A DNA stretch of 64,000 nucleotides from Dudresnaya verticillata (taxonomy: Eukaryota). The notes under the pieces were generated by a model that was not told where the DNA came from, searched no databases, and saw only the letters and a program-made list of their open reading frames with translations. The stretch spans positions 1,302,001 to 1,366,000 of the forward strand of contig OZ374558.1 of the NCBI GenBank assembly GCA_977862235.1, written 5' to 3'. Position numbers and translations under genes: made by a program. Below are positions 12,700-26,399 of the stretch, piece after piece; positions within the stretch are counted from its first letter, which is position 1, and each line of letters opens with the position of its first letter.

Positions 12700-14175
12700 G
12701 CCAGCGCTGCTATGCCAGATTCTAACCAACTTAACAGAACAGTATATAGAGTAGCGCGCTAGCCAATGAGAATGCTTTGCATATCCGTGTAGGAGATTGC
12801 GACCAGCAGGGCTAATGCCATCACGGGTCCAGACCGCAAGGGTCTGGCCCTCACGGACCGCACCACCCGGTTTGCCCTGACTAGAGTATGAGGGCGGCAT
12901 CGTGGCGGCTCCTACGGTAGACAAGCAAACCATCTTTGAGCCTCAATCCCATTGTAGCTCTTTCCTTTACGGTTTCCCCGCGCTGAGCCCGTTGCGGTCT
13001 ACCACTACTACCGTTACAGAGTCTGTCCCGGCACTTGTGCCACCCCTTGTCTGTTGCTTCCCAATACCCGTTTCGGTTAGCCGCTTGCTTTTCTACCGTC
13101 TCGGGGCGAACTGCTCTACCACGCCGTGAAGGTAATGACCTCTCGTTCCGCGAACGAAATTCAGGCCAGCTGTCCCTTTCGCGGAACTTCGTGAGTTTTC
13201 ACTACACCACATACCCTTTTAACGCAACGGAGCTGCTTATGCCAGCTCGTTCTTTCGCAGCCTCGGCGCGAGCTCGTGAAGAAGTGTGGGTTGAGATTTA
13301 ACTCTCGTCAAGGTTGAAAACCTGCTCCGCACTTGCGATGCCGAATGTTTTGTACACTTGCGCCAACTTGGCAAAGTGAGTCACCATGTTCTTAGGAGAC
13401 GTTTCAGTGGAACGTGAACTTCCAACGAAGCCCGCCGCTTAAAAGAGAGATCAGAATCGTGCCGTAGGAGATTTATGACATAGTAGTCTTCGGGGCGGCC
13501 GTGGCGGAAGGGTAACACCTTTTTTGGCGCTCTGTGGGAAGTGGTCCCGTGTAGTGCTTTTCTATACGTTTCAATCTTTCTTGAGAAAGGTGCCTTCAAT
13601 TTCAAGCGCATTCTATAGCAGCGCTGAAAATAAGCCGGTCCTCATCGGTACGAAAAGCATTTTTGCGTCCAGGCTTCTTTTGTGTGTGGTGCAAAACGTC
13701 TGAGACGAAAGAGCACGCCCGGGTAGTTCGAAACCCGGCGGGTAGGACGTCTTACAAAGGTAGTTGGTAGAACGGTAGCACGCCGAGGGCGGACTATAAA
13801 CGCCCAAGGAGGAGGAAAAGGGGACAAAGAAGACCCAAAAAGGAACACGTCGCTGACGGTAGCTAGCGTGAAAGCACGGGTGGATAGACGCTTAGGCCTC
13901 AGGGGCAGCGGTAAGATACGCGGTGGCGCGGGAGAGGCATTCTGGACCAAAGCCAGCTTGCCGGGGTTTACTGCAACATCGCAGACGGATGAACTAAGTA
14001 CTATTGCTATTGTGCAGGCAGCGGCGCTGTGGCGGGTGCGCGGGAACTCAGGATACGTGTTACGCTGTGGTGTTTCTGACAGGATTGCCGCGCGGTGCAG
14101 CCATGCCTCTGACAAGTTTGCTGCGCGCGCCCTATACGCGCTTACACACGCACGTGGCCACGCGCTCCTTACAGG
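12700..14175. repeat. Two degenerate LTR-like remnants in opposite orientation (~12700-13130 and ~13615-14175)
   Basis: Partial resemblance to the LTR at 21515 (GGTAGAACGGTA motif, purine/pyrimidine tracts); ends not resolved. Confidence 0.3.
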
Positions 14176-15142
14176 TGCGTGCGTGTCGCGGCGCGTGCGT
14201 TCCCAATCGTGCTCTCGATGTGTGCCAGCATTACGGGTGCGTCCTCATTACAGGCATACGCCTTACATCAGCATGGATCCCGATGCCCGGTCCCGATGTC
14301 GAATCCGGATCCGATCAGGATGCGAGCCATTCTTATAGTCTCGTGCCTTACACCCTGTTGATATCAATCGATCGATTGATATATCAAGTGATCGATCACG
14401 ATGTACAATCCGGATCGGTGGCGTGCCGGGCGTACAGTACCCACGGGGCCATACCAGCGCGGACTTGCGGCGTCCGTACGCCGGTGGGGCAGTCGTCAGT
14501 GACGTGTTCGCGCAGCAACGGCAATTGGGGTTCCGGCGGCGTCTTCCGTATGTAGAAATTGTCTAATAGCACATGCTAAGAGCGGAAAAACGGCCACCCC
14601 CCTTGCACCATATTGTGCACGGGTATTGTCGTTCACATATCCGTGCAATTTATGTACGGGATGTTATGAGCGCGTGCACCTGTCCGCAATGAAATGCCTG
14701 TGGTAGAAACCTTGACGGACGGATCTAAGAAGAGCAGAACAGGATTCAACTTGTGCGAGCGCCCACGCAACGCGGAAGATCGTTTGGATAATCTGTTTGG
14801 GCCAGGCTGCGGATTGGTCGACATTTTTGTGCTCTGCTACGAAGATACTACAGGATAATTGGTGGACAAGACGCAAAGACAACGGGATTCACGGCGGATG
14901 GAACGACTATTTTAGGTGTTTGGCTGCAGGGATATGCAGTAGGAAAGCCATTACCGCGCTCGACTTGGCGCCATCCTGAAACGGGAGATGGTATGGTGAT
15001 GTTGGTGCTTTGAACAGTGCCTAGGCAACGAAATGCTGGAACAAGCAATTACAATTGTGAGCCAAAATGCCCCAAGCATCCAGCATTACACACCCCTGCC
15101 ATAATAGCTGTTTTAAGTCAAAGAACATGTGTTCGTGTGTGT

Positions 15143-15901
15143 TTTAGTATGGCTGTCCGCACCCCACCAGGAGGGTCTGTAAGGGCTGCGCAGCTCCGCA
15201 CTATAATGATCTGCACCACGACGCCCGCTGGCAAGTCGTATTTGGGCAGCATGCCCGGTGGCTTTTTTCGTTGACTTTAGCGGCGGTCGGTCGCCTTGCT
15301 GTCGGCAGTGGCCGCGCGCCGTGCGTCACACGGCGCGCCCTAGTAACGCTCTCCAGCACCGAGCCGTTGAGAAGGCTGCTGCCCGTTACGCCCCGCGCGC
15401 GCCCACGGGTAGCCGTTACCCGGACTTGTCGACACGTGCATGGGCGTGCTCGCACACCTCCCGCGTTGGTGCTGTAGAGGCGTATTTACTGTAACCATAA
15501 CTGCAGGTGTACATAGTCTAGAGTAGTTACGGCCGTCTTCTATCGACGGCTCAGTAAAGTGGGCAAGCAACAGCTCGCGCTGAAGCTTGCCCCCAGCCTT
15601 TCGGACTCGATCCCTTTCCTATACGCCAGCGGGCGGTTCTCCTTTTCCCTCGCCTCGATAGGCTTTCCCTATTCCTTTTCCCTTCCTGTCGGCTTCGTGG
15701 AGCCCTTAGACAGGGACACTGGTACCCGACCGCGTACGGTACGCCCCGTGCGCGTTTCAGTATCGACGCCGTCGATCCGCACCTGCGGGGGGAACGCGGC
15801 CGACACCGCTCCACCACGCCAAGCTCCCCATCGACGGGTCTGTGTGACGGCATCGTGCTAGTGTTCGCTAGCCGTTGGATCGACCCGACTTCTATGCTAC
15901 A
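15143..15901 (+). mobile_element. Solo LTR related to 7582-8418, TSD TGTGT
   Basis: Ends CTATGCTACA; start TTTAGTATGG is a decayed TGTAGCATAG; TGTGT at 15138-15142 and 15902-15906; internal similarity such as CGCGTACGGTACGCCCCGTGCGCG. Confidence 0.8.
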
Positions 15902-16341
15902 TGTGTGATATTAACTAGCAAGTATTGTGCTGTACAGTGTTTTGAGAAGATTCCTGTGCAATTCCATAAGGTAGTATAATCTCTCTCAGCATAAAACCCC
16001 CTTTATGAGAACCGAAGTGAGTCCACCTAGCCGTTCCTGTAATCGAACCTTGACTGTATTGGCACTTGTACCCGTGCGTGAGCACACTGTGATTGTTGTG
16101 AGAGTCGTAGCGGACGCGCGGTAGGCAACAAGAGCAAGCTTGTTTCCGCGGCGCGATGGAGTTGAGAAACGGGGTTACCGTAGTGGGCGAAGGGGGCTCA
16201 GGCGAAACATTCTTGCAGTAACCTGGGGACACAATGTGTTTTCAATCTTGTTTACCGTTCTACCTCCGTCGAGGGGGTCCCTTTTTATGCGCTGCCGGTC
16301 TTCGCGTGAGCAGTTTGGCCTAACCGTGATGATTAAGGCAT

Positions 16342-19300
16342 GAAACAATGATGTATACTAGCCAATTGGGGCAAATTAGCATGGCCTCCTCCCGTATTGG
16401 GAGAGGCTCCCAGCCGAAATAGAACTAACCCGCAATTCATATTGCCCCGAAAAGTATAGCAAGCGGAGCTTACAAACGCAGCTCCACGTCTCTCGTGGCT
16501 TGGCCGTCACGGGCTCCTTTTTCGTTGTATTTCTCGAGGCGTCCGTTCGATTCTCGTTCTGGTGCTTTTATTTTTGTTATTATTTTCGTGTTTTCTTGGA
16601 TAAGTGGACTGCATTGGTTCCCGTTGCAGAAGGAGAGGCATCAGTCTGGTGGAAGGGTGGGTGATAGGGAAACGAGAGAGGCACACCCGAGAGACCTGAT
16701 CGATCCAGTGGGCGCACTCTCGTCTCAGGCAGACACTCGATGCGGTGGCGGCGATGTCTGCTAGATATGTTCCTTACACCCTGTGATACGATCCGGATGT
16801 GCTTAATACAGATGACACGAGATCAAGGCATGATACGTGGCGAGACGTGCACACGCATCTGCACCCTTGCTATCCATTCCATTGCGTTTCATTCTCATAA
16901 AGAGTCTCTATAGCACATGAAACCCCCAATATCCGAGGCAGAAGGACTCGGTGGTAGCGTGAAGCGTGCGGTCAAAATATATAGCTGAGCCATTGCTTCA
17001 CTATTTGGGCCCCAACAGAAGCGAGCCAAACGCACAGAGAGAGGGATGCCCAAAAGGACTTGTTCAGTATGCGCGCAGATGCGGAGCAAATCTGACGGAA
17101 AATGCCGACAGAGTGGCGGTGGAAGCGAGAGGCGGTCCAGGCAGCGATGAAGGGCATTCAGCAGCGTGCATCCGGCTTCTAGACTCTTCTTTGGCAGTGA
17201 GAAGAAGCGCAAGTGCGGTCCGCGGACAGTATCCCAACGGCTCCAAAGGTCCAGAGGAGAACGCAACGACCGGAAGCGATCATAGCGTATGAGAGCGACC
17301 TGAGTTGCCTGTCTGCCGTTGATGACGGAAAAGCGGGCAATGATATGGTTCTCTCGCAGGGAGACATTGACGGACAGCTTTGAATAGACTGTTGTCTCAT
17401 GATACCATCACAACAGAAGGCCATAAGATCATGGCGCAGTCAGGAACAATCCCAATCGTCGCGCTTGACATTCCCAAGGCCCAGAACCTTGTGGACGTAG
17501 GAAGCCGGTATAACGAAACGGACATCTGCCGCCGTGAACGTTTCTTCCTCGCATCTCGAGTACGCTCGTAGCACGTGCGACACGAAATGGAAGGAGGTAA
17601 CTTGTCTCCAGTCAGCAACAATGGCATATGTGGAACAGTGCTGATGTACTGTGGGATGGATGCGGAGCCCACACGGCGTATTCCACGTTCCCTCTCTAGG
17701 AAGATCTATCCTATGTATGCGACGAGATGGCCCAGAGGCCCGAAGTAGGGGACGATTCTCCTCGGTACAGAACTGTACTCACTTTTCTAACTGGGTATAG
17801 CGCGCCGCGACGGTCCCTGGACTCCAGCCAAAGGACGAAACCAACTGTACTGCACCGATACCAGCCGTAGCTTGGAAATGAGATGACCCCGCTGTCAAAA
17901 GGCTCACCCTGGCTGTAGACGGGTCACAGGTTGACCTGAAAGGCCAGGAGACGCGGGGGTTCAAAATCCGCTGCCCCTTCCATTCTTCCATTGGGCTGAG
18001 TGGAAGCCGCTCCACTCAATCCACCAGTCTTATCAATTCGCGGCTACTCTGGTATGAAGAGAACGGCGGGGGCTCTGGTCTTCTGCAGCTTGGGTCCAAT
18101 GGCCTGGATCAGGTCCACAACCGTGGATAAGAGGCGCACCTCGTCCGTTGCGTGCTAACTCCTCGAATGCTTGTCTGCGTCGGAACAATGGGGGCTCTCC
18201 TAGAGGGCGGTAGCGAAATGATTCGAGGGGCCCCGCCATTCCATCCCGCACGGAACGCAGCAGCTGCTTGCGGAGCTGCAGGTCATCGGTTGGGAGCCGT
18301 CAAGAGAGGGCATCTGCGAACCAATTGACTGCGGAGGGGATCCATTCAATGCAGATATGAGGCCCCAGTTGATCCAGTACCTTCAAGTGGCACAGCTTGT
18401 GCATGAGCATCATGGCAAGGCTGCAGGAAACAAAGGCGTTGGCCATATGGACAACGGCCTGATTGTCCACATGTAGGAGCAAGATATTCTTGTCGGAAGT
18501 GGTCACCCTGCTTCCAAGGCTGCGTGACAGGAGCTTGTGGATTGCCTTCAGTTCTCGAAGAGAGATATAGGCAACACGTTCGCTCCAACTCCACACTCCT
18601 TGGCTGCTTCATTAGCCATAGATTCCAGGAAGAAAGTACTTGAAGTTGAGAGCTCCCCCGTATCCAAAGTCAGCAGCATCGGTGTGTATGGAGGCATTGG
18701 GTTCCACGGGATACATGTAGAGGTCCTCCAGCTCTGCCTTGGATAGATGCTTGCACTTCACCAAGTCCTGAATAGTTTGTTGACTGATTTGAATTCTTCC
18801 CCGGCAATCCTTGTGTCCTTCGGAGAGATCCCAATACAACGAGCGAGTGTAAAACCGCACCCACTGCATGGCAAGCATGAGCGACACACAGACGCCACAG
18901 AAATTCCGGAGAGCCCGCTCTGAGACCCAGTGTCGACCGATTCGTATCTCTTTGAGTAGTCTCCGTGCCAATTTCCGTACCTTCTCGGCCTTTTGGGGTT
19001 GAACGAAGAACTTCATCTGTTCCGTATCCACGACAACCTCGAGGTGACTGACCACCTGCGCACCACGCCATGCTCTCTTCATAGCATGACGGGACAGCCC
19101 CAATAGAAGCATTAAGGTGTCTACCACTCCTGTAGCGGCCCTGACGTCTTGTAACGAGACCACGCAGCTAACTGGAGAGATTAGGAAATCACCCAGGTGG
19201 GCCAGGACGAGATATCCCAACCGTCTTAGCTCCGCAACAAACGGAACCATGAAGCAGGTGAATCAAATTAGCGAGAGGCCCAACTGAAGGGCAGCGCGAT

Positions 19301-22185
19301 ACACCGAAATTACATTCTGTGGTATCTGAACAGAAACCAGTCTCGCATCCAAGGGGCCATCCGTAGATGCCTGTAACGCTTTTAGACATTCCATTGAGAG
19401 TAGATGATCTCCACGTTTCAGTCCGGTGGCAAACTGTGCGACCGACTCCATTCTAACGGAACCCTTCTCCAAATGTTTCGAATGCTTGGAGACGTTTACT
19501 AAAAATCGCCTCTTCATCCCATTTTCGGAAACCTCACAGACAGTAAAGGCAGACGAAAGAATCGCTCCTTGTGTTGCAGCTTTGTCGACATGCTTCCGGC
19601 TGACTTCTTCGTAGATGACAGTTCGGCAACCATCTTCCAAGTCTGCGAGCACGAACTAGAGATCTTCCTTGGTCTGAGGGAGATATAGAAGCTCCTCCCC
19701 GTGTCCTGGGTTGAACAGACGAGCAGGTTAATCGTTCACCCCAAATTTGATCTCCCGGTAGAGGAATTCCGCGAAAACCACCTTGCGCCATGCTTGAGCC
19801 GCCTTCTGACTCTTTCTACCAAGCGGACGCGACAGACCGATGTCTACTACTGGACCTTAGCGGCGCCATCCCTTCCACCGGCACACTTCGTCGCGTTACT
19901 AGCACGCAGGGTCGCTACCACCTTCATTCATTGTGTGGCCAAGTGGGGATTCCAGCTTCTCCATTGGCTCAACGAGGTCATCTGCAGCAGGCATCTCAGC
20001 CCTCGCCTCCAAGCTAGACAATACTAACTTGGCATACGTGGGAACCTTGGCTGCTATCTTGTAGAACTCGTATCGCAACCCGACAACCCTTAACTCATAC
20101 GGGATATACACGAGAGCCCATACATCGAGCTTCATTGATTCATCGTCCTGCTTCTTTTCTAAAGCTTCTTGACGGGTCGCAATAGAAGCCTCATGGAATG
20201 CCATCCAGTAGACGACTGCTTTTATATAGTTTTCCTCATAGTCACCTATAGAGCGTTGACTGTTGTGCTTCTCCATGTGCCCACGAACTGGCCACTGTCT
20301 ATGTCCGAAGAAACTGCCTATACCACACCGCCATTGAAAGCGTTCACAGACGGCCCTTACTCGTATGGGTAGCGGCGCAGTACAAAATGCTTGCCATTGC
20401 GACAGCGCCGAGCAACCTTGCGGTACGCTGTCATCCAGCTTGGGTCAATATCAGCCTCTTCGAGAGAGCTTCCGGCAGAAACCTTCTTGGCCTTGACAAT
20501 AAACATGGAAAGCTCTGGTAGGCTCGCATTAAAGAGTGACAATACTCATCGGGGACAATATAGGGGCAGTAGGGAGCCCGTGCTCACTTAGCCTTCTTCG
20601 TTTGGCTCTCTTAAAACAAGCCTAACGCAGAACTTGTGGGGACTCTCTTTTAAAAAGCGAGAGGTACATCGGGATATCTGTTCGATCCCGTGGGCGCACT
20701 TTGGTCTCAAGTAGAGACTCGATGCGGCGGCGGCGGCGGCGAGCTGATCCATTTATTACAGCCTGTGATCCAGACCGGATCTGGAAGAATGGACGCTGGC
20801 AGCAAGAAGGCTCACAGAAGCGGACCTCTTCACTGCATGCCAGACTGTCCCTTAATCAGGACGGCTGTTCTCTCATCGCTCTGGAATTACACGTGGCCTT
20901 ACAGTGGCACCATTTGGCAACCCAGGATTGGCTGATTTATGATGCGTCACCGCGCTCCTACTCCTGGGTGATGGGCACTCCCGCGCTCAGGGTATCGACA
21001 ATGCAGCCGCGACCTCGGCTCGAACTTCGGCACTTCTGCCACCATGTCCCTTACTGGGATGCATTCCCACTTTTATCCTGTACTGACAGTACTAATGTTA
21101 CTAACTAAAATCCTATATCAACTTAGACCCACTTTCGGGCTCATTGACTTTTCGTCTGTCAAGACCTACTTGTGGGCCCCGGAATGGCCGGCGCCGTCAG
21201 AATACAAACTCAGCAGATTTGTTCGGGAATTATCCATCTTCTGGTATTTCAGACGCTCCGCGCCTGCAGGGGTTGCATAGTACAGGCCTGCACATCGCAA
21301 GATGAGCCTCTGTGAAACACCAGGTCACAATATCTATACTTCCTTTAGTCGGTCGCACCGAGTATTTACTGCGGTTTCGAATTCCCTTTCTCGGAGCATC
21401 TGGGCCTGTCCCCTTTCTGAGCCTCTTCCAACCTCCCACGAGCTCCTGCCCCTAGCATGTGTCGCCGGACAGCTGTCCTCTCTTGTCGTGTGCTGTTTCT
21501 GGCCGGCGCCATACTGCTACACCGTGTAGTAGAACGACCGCGGGTTAGGTAGAACGGTAACACCACCCAGGACACCTGCCCCGCAGTCACTACTAGATTT
21601 GGTAGCTCAGGTAAAAGGGGTTGGTAGAGACTTGGAAAAAGGAATAAAGACTAGGGAAAGGTGGTAAAGAAAGGGTGAGAAAGAAAGGCGTCGCTACCCA
21701 GCTCGCGCAGAGCTTCGATCTTGCGGAGACAAGGCTCGTAGAGCGCCTGAAAGGGAAAAGGGTACGGTGTATCAGTGAGTTCCGAAAAAGAGGGAAGAAT
21801 CCCAAACCATCCGTAGGGTTTTATTCAGGAGGACCCTGGTATTCAGGGGCCTAATAAGTATGGCAGAGCCGGAAATGCTCTTACCTCCTATTCTCTATTC
21901 AAAGCTATTCTAGCTGTAATTCTTAACGAAATAAATAGTGTCGTCAGCTATAGTTAGGGATTATTGGTAGTACCGGCCCGGGCCGCCTGAGCGGACACTA
22001 TAAGTTGCCCAATGGCAGATTGGCATGAAAGTAGGTGGCAGCAGTGGCTCATTCTCCTACACTGCAGATGAGCACAATGCTGATGTTAATGGATGAACAG
22101 GATCGTACGCGGCGAGACGTGGACACGCATCCGCACCCTTTCTATGCATTTTCATTGAGTTTGATGCGCAAAGAGAGGCTCTACA
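16342..22185 (-). mobile_element. YR retrotransposon copy 2, degenerate; 5' repeat interrupted by an LTR-element fragment
   Basis: gag-like 19899-20542; RT 18612-19800 (LGYLVLAHLGDFL, IHTDAADFGYGG); ISLRELKAI, HVDNQAVV, EWIPSAVNWFADALS; YR C-terminus 16930-17266 (LRICAHTEQVLLGIP..RFCW..LY). Direct repeats 16670-16918 vs 20655-20790 plus 22062-22185. Low-coordinate end tentative. Confidence 0.8.
20800..22043 (-). mobile_element. LTR-retrotransposon fragment: LTR ~21515-22043, PBS-like TGGCGCC, short internal part
   Basis: Minus strand reads ..TGTAGCA-GTA-TGGCGCCGG at 21503-21521; LTR body is homologous to 39770-39890 plus 47857-48100. Confidence 0.5.
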
Positions 22186-23456
22186 GGGGATCCCCGCCAC
22201 ACCCTGGGTGAGAAGGGTGAGAAACCCTGCTCTCTGATTGGCCTAGGATTTCGGTCTCCACCCATTCCGCTGGGACAACGGCGCATCAGACTTCACCTCC
22301 CGCTCCATCAATGGAATTTCGTTATTGCAAATGGTCTCGACCTCCCGCATACTTGGCACACTCCTAGTCGCCCACGGGTATTCGCTACGTCGCCAATATT
22401 CACGCAGGACGAAGGTACGACACGGGCCCAGCCAGCAAGTCCAACGTGACGAGCGTGACCAAAAAGGCGCGCAAACCGCGACCGCGCAAACCCTTGTCGA
22501 CGGCGGTTGCCCAGGACGATCAGGCTCGACCCCTGACTCAGAAACACTGAAGAGCGTTCCCACCCACGCTTGACAGAGCCCACCCCCACACTCACCCGAT
22601 AAGCTACCTCCCCCGGCCTTCCCCTCTCTACCTCTCGCCCAGCATACACACCTCTCCCGATGCTGTCCGCGCTTCTCCCTTTCCCATGTAGCAATACAAC
22701 GCGCACCCGGCGTACCCTCCGCCGCCGGGGACGCCGTACCCGCCAGCAACAGCGTACCAGCCGCCTGCTTCAGCACCGCATCAGCCACCGCACCCGCTAC
22801 AAGCATACTAACCCATTCCAGTTATGCCGAGCTACGCCACGTTTCTGCCGACGGCGCAGTATGCGGCGGCGCTACCACACTACAGTGCTGTGCCGGCTTA
22901 CGGTGCCCCCTACGCCGTTCCAGCATCTGAAAAGTAAATGACAGTCTTTATAGATGTAAAGCCTTCATTCCTAAACGATGTCTTGATGAAATTGAAACTA
23001 AGAAAGACCATGCACACGGTTGTTCTAAACAATGAAAGGATAGACTTGATGGTCAATAGATAAGCAGAAGAAGGGTGGGAAGGAGAGGAAGAAAGAATAG
23101 ACTTGCCGTCTCGTAGGGAGAGCGACCGGCGGTGGCTTTATATACTGTAGCCACCATGTCGGAAGAGACCCCGAGTTGCACTTCGTAGATTATGATCCCA
23201 TTGCCAAGAACAGTATGAACTCTGATCTCCGGCGCGCGCATGCATCTGTTGGAGTCCTTCCGATTCTGCTTGCGAAGGATGACACAGGTTCGTTGACATT
23301 GAGTCCAAACTGGGAACTCAGCCTCATGCTACTCGATCGGGGTTTCGGACTCTCAGCCGAGTTTGCTATTCCCCGCAGTCATTATCTTTTCATCAGCGTA
23401 AACCATTGACACCATATGAAAATCCCGTCTCGGAACCGTGCATGACACGGGAGAGG

Positions 23457-24353
23457 CTACTGCGAGGGCGGGAACCGAGCGGTAGGGAGTAATGACCAGA
23501 AGTAGCCCGAGATCTCCGGTGTAGCCTGCAGGAGACCATAAAAGTAGACGTTAACCAGCATGCGGTCAGAACTCCACTGTCCACGATATCGAAAAACAGG
23601 AATAGGGACCCCAAGCAGGATGAGAGCAGTAACGCTGCCGCTCCGTAGACTATGGGAAGAGTAAGAAGTGAAAGGGGGAGGCGCAGTCTGAAGTGCAGAG
23701 AGAATCCTTTGCAGAGCAGCCGTCACGTGTTGCGCTCCGGACGCATCTCCCGAAAATGACCAGTACAAGCGAGAAGGGGGCGCTTGTCGTTGCGCTTCGA
23801 AGTACTGTGCTTGAAGGGAGAGAGTCTTTAATGCCCCCGCTCCAGCACAGCGACGACTCATAGCGGGTGCCCCCCGAACGGGACGCCCTTTCAACGTTCG
23901 AGGCCGTGCAGTTATGCAGAGGATATCAGAGCTATTTTCTTTTACTTCATGCCATACATGGACATCTTGACCTTGAACGGTTCTCCCGGAAGCCTCGCGC
24001 CATGACATAAGGTATTGAAACTCAATCAGTGCAGCGTCCCTTTCCTCTCGCGTTCCAGTTGCTTTCTGTAGCTCAAACTGGCGAATGCGAGCAGGACTAT
24101 TTGTGGGTAGACCCGTGCGGATATCGCGATATGCACCTCGGGCGTCATCCTGTCGCCGAATAGCATGAATGAGGTCTTGCAGAGCCTGACCTGCACAAGG
24201 ATCGGGAAGCTCTTCACATGCATGTGTTGTCCTAATTGCGGATAGTTGGTGGTCCAAGGACTGTCCGTGGATACGATTCTCTTCCAAAAAATGTACGGCA
24301 TAGGCGAAGACTGTCCCTCGCGACGCTGGAAGTGAACGATGTCCTTCATCCAT
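23457..24353 (-). CDS. Tyrosine recombinase of YR copy 3 (open for 298 aa; N-terminus frameshifted upstream)
   Basis: Catalytic set present in order: MSWREAS (R), TLKGR (K), SHSLRSG (HxxR), GQWSS (W), NVYF (Y). Confidence 0.85.
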   Translation of the reverse strand: MDEGHRSLPASRGTVFAYAVHFLEENRIHGQSLDHQLSAIRTTHACEELPDPCAGQALQDLIHAIRRQDDARGAYRDIRTGLPTNSPARIRQFELQKATGTREERDAALIEFQYLMSWREASGRTVQGQDVHVWHEVKENSSDILCITARPRTLKGRPVRGAPAMSRRCAGAGALKTLSLQAQYFEAQRQAPPSRLYWSFSGDASGAQHVTAALQRILSALQTAPPPFTSYSSHSLRSGSVTALILLGVPIPVFRYRGQWSSDRMLVNVYFYGLLQATPEISGYFWSLLPTARFPPSQ

Positions 24354-24430
24354 GCAAAACGTGATAAACGTTCACCACTGATTTGACTTCGACTGTACAG
24401 TACTCTGGCTCAGTGCATGAGCAGCCAGTC

Positions 24431-26012
24431 TTAAACTGGACGATCCACACCTACTGCGAGGGACGCAATCTCGGATGGCAGACTGGATCGCGAGAGAGGC
24501 CGTCTGCCGACTTCGGCTTTCTCAATTGCCCATTCTGGATTGACGGACGCGGAGTCGAATAGGGAGTCGTGTCTGGGATGTATCACGCGGGAGGTTAGAC
24601 GAAACCGTTGTAGTAGCTTGTTCCAAGACGTGCCGGTCCAATGTGGCACTCTAATGACCCCGTGTGCTTCCTCTGCTTCGATTTTCAAGAGCGTGAACGC
24701 GATGAGCTGAGGTGGTGGGTTCCAAAAGACGACCCAGTCCGTCCCCCCAATACTCCTGGAACTCTGCGCGTATGACCTTGAAGCGGGCCGCGGGGTCCTC
24801 CTTGAGTGGCCAGAAGCGCCGAATGAGATAACTTGAGAGAGACGTCTAATGATCGAAGTAACGAAGGTGTTGCGGCTATATCCCGGCCGTCCCATGTGCG
24901 GCTCAGGCGGGCCGCGTGATGGTTCAAAGCGGACGGGATCCAAACCGCCTTGAGATCACCTTCATTTCCCGTAGAATGTTGTGCAGGAGGCGTAGCTCTG
25001 ACATTAGTTCGGGGCTGGAAGAAACCATTTTGTTGAGGATATGGAACACCGACATATTGTCTATATGTAATCTGGTCCTTCCTTGATGTCCGTGGAGCCG
25101 CGCATGAACCACATCCTCTTCCAGTGTCCGCCGTACGGCCACTAGCTCCCTGTAGTTGATACATTTCAACCTTAGGAATGGGGACCACACCTGCCGCACA
25201 TGCACCTCGCCATCCGCTCCAGCCGACAAGTCCCTCCCAAGGGTGCCACCAAATCCAATGTCCGAGGCGTCCGTGTGGAGGTTCCAGGATTCCTGGCCCC
25301 CATAAATAAGACGCCCACCAACATCTCGCTCCAGGCCTTTAGATAGCATAGGCCAGAATTTCCCAGACGAATTTTGCAGGATGGATACCTTCCAATGAGA
25401 TGACAGTCCTGTAGTAGATCATTGTATAAACCTCGAGTGAAGAAACGCGCCAGCAGAATTGGGGCTAGCTGCGAAACAGCCTTCCCTGTGAAAGTACATA
25501 CTAGGGACTCCCTTACCCAGCGCTTGGACTTCGCAGCAGTAGTGAGGAGGGCTTTGGACAAGTCCGGGAGCTTTCCAATCTTTGGTCAGTAACAAAATAT
25601 CGGAATTGCTCTGTGTCTATGACCAGGCCCAGATGTTCTAGACCAGTAGTGCCTCGGCCCCAGACGCCTTTGTCGGTATGTCTTAGTAGTCAAAGCTTGA
25701 TAGACGATCCATGTTAACGCACGACAGTTTAAAGCACACTGATGTGTCTGGTTAACGGGGCCAGCAGATGGCAAAACCAAAAGGTGACCGCGTCCACCCG
25801 AAGGGAAGGGCAATACATCTGTAGAAATTGCCCTGATACCGAAATATAAACCAGTTCCACATGCGACTGTGCAAAGCAAAATGTCGATATCCCCTTTTCC
25901 AGTCGAAGGAGGGGATATGGTCCCCAACCAGCAGGCAAGCCCCAAAGGCGGGAAGCGTCTCCATAAGCACTGACGTTTTGCACCACTGGGTTGACTGCTT
26001 CTTTAAATTGAT
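24431..26012 (-). pseudogene. RT / RNase H / MTase-like region of YR copy 3 (its 5' part lies at 30444-30750)
   Basis: KRGYRHFALHSRMWNWFIFRYQGNFYRCIALPFGWTRSP; LHTDASDIGFGG; INYRELVAV; HIDNMSV; WNPPPQLI..VPHW; many frameshifts. Confidence 0.85.
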
Positions 26013-26399
26013 GAAAAGGAAATGTAGCCTTTATTCTTAAAGACCCACTTCATTCAGAAATGAGTAATGCAAAGAAAGTCTATTTCTGCATTGTTTTGCC
26101 AGGTCTGCATGACCAGAATGGACTGTAACTTGTGAACGTAAAGTCTGTGTGAAACGGAGCGGGTGGGTGGGAGAAAGGACGGAACTTACCACGGTAGATT
26201 GGTGGCTCTACGACTGCTATTGTCCGTATATGGAGGCCTCGAACATTCTGCGTTGGTCCTGTTCTCGTTGGCTTGAGCGCATTCATCCTGATGGCATATC
26301 GGCATTGCTCATACGATATATATAACAGAGTATCGACGAAAGTATCGCTGATAGCTTATGATCGATAAACCGTAGAACGATCGGCATTGCTCTCTATCC

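Noticed and set aside
12250..16340. Short ORFs at 12288-12677, 14600-15140 and 15915-16340 as genes
   Set aside because: No recognisable motifs; likely decayed TE sequence, left unassigned.
23330..23400. Hammerhead ribozyme (CTGATGA..GAAA on the minus strand) in the YR A repeat
   Set aside because: I could not form stems I-III around the core motifs.
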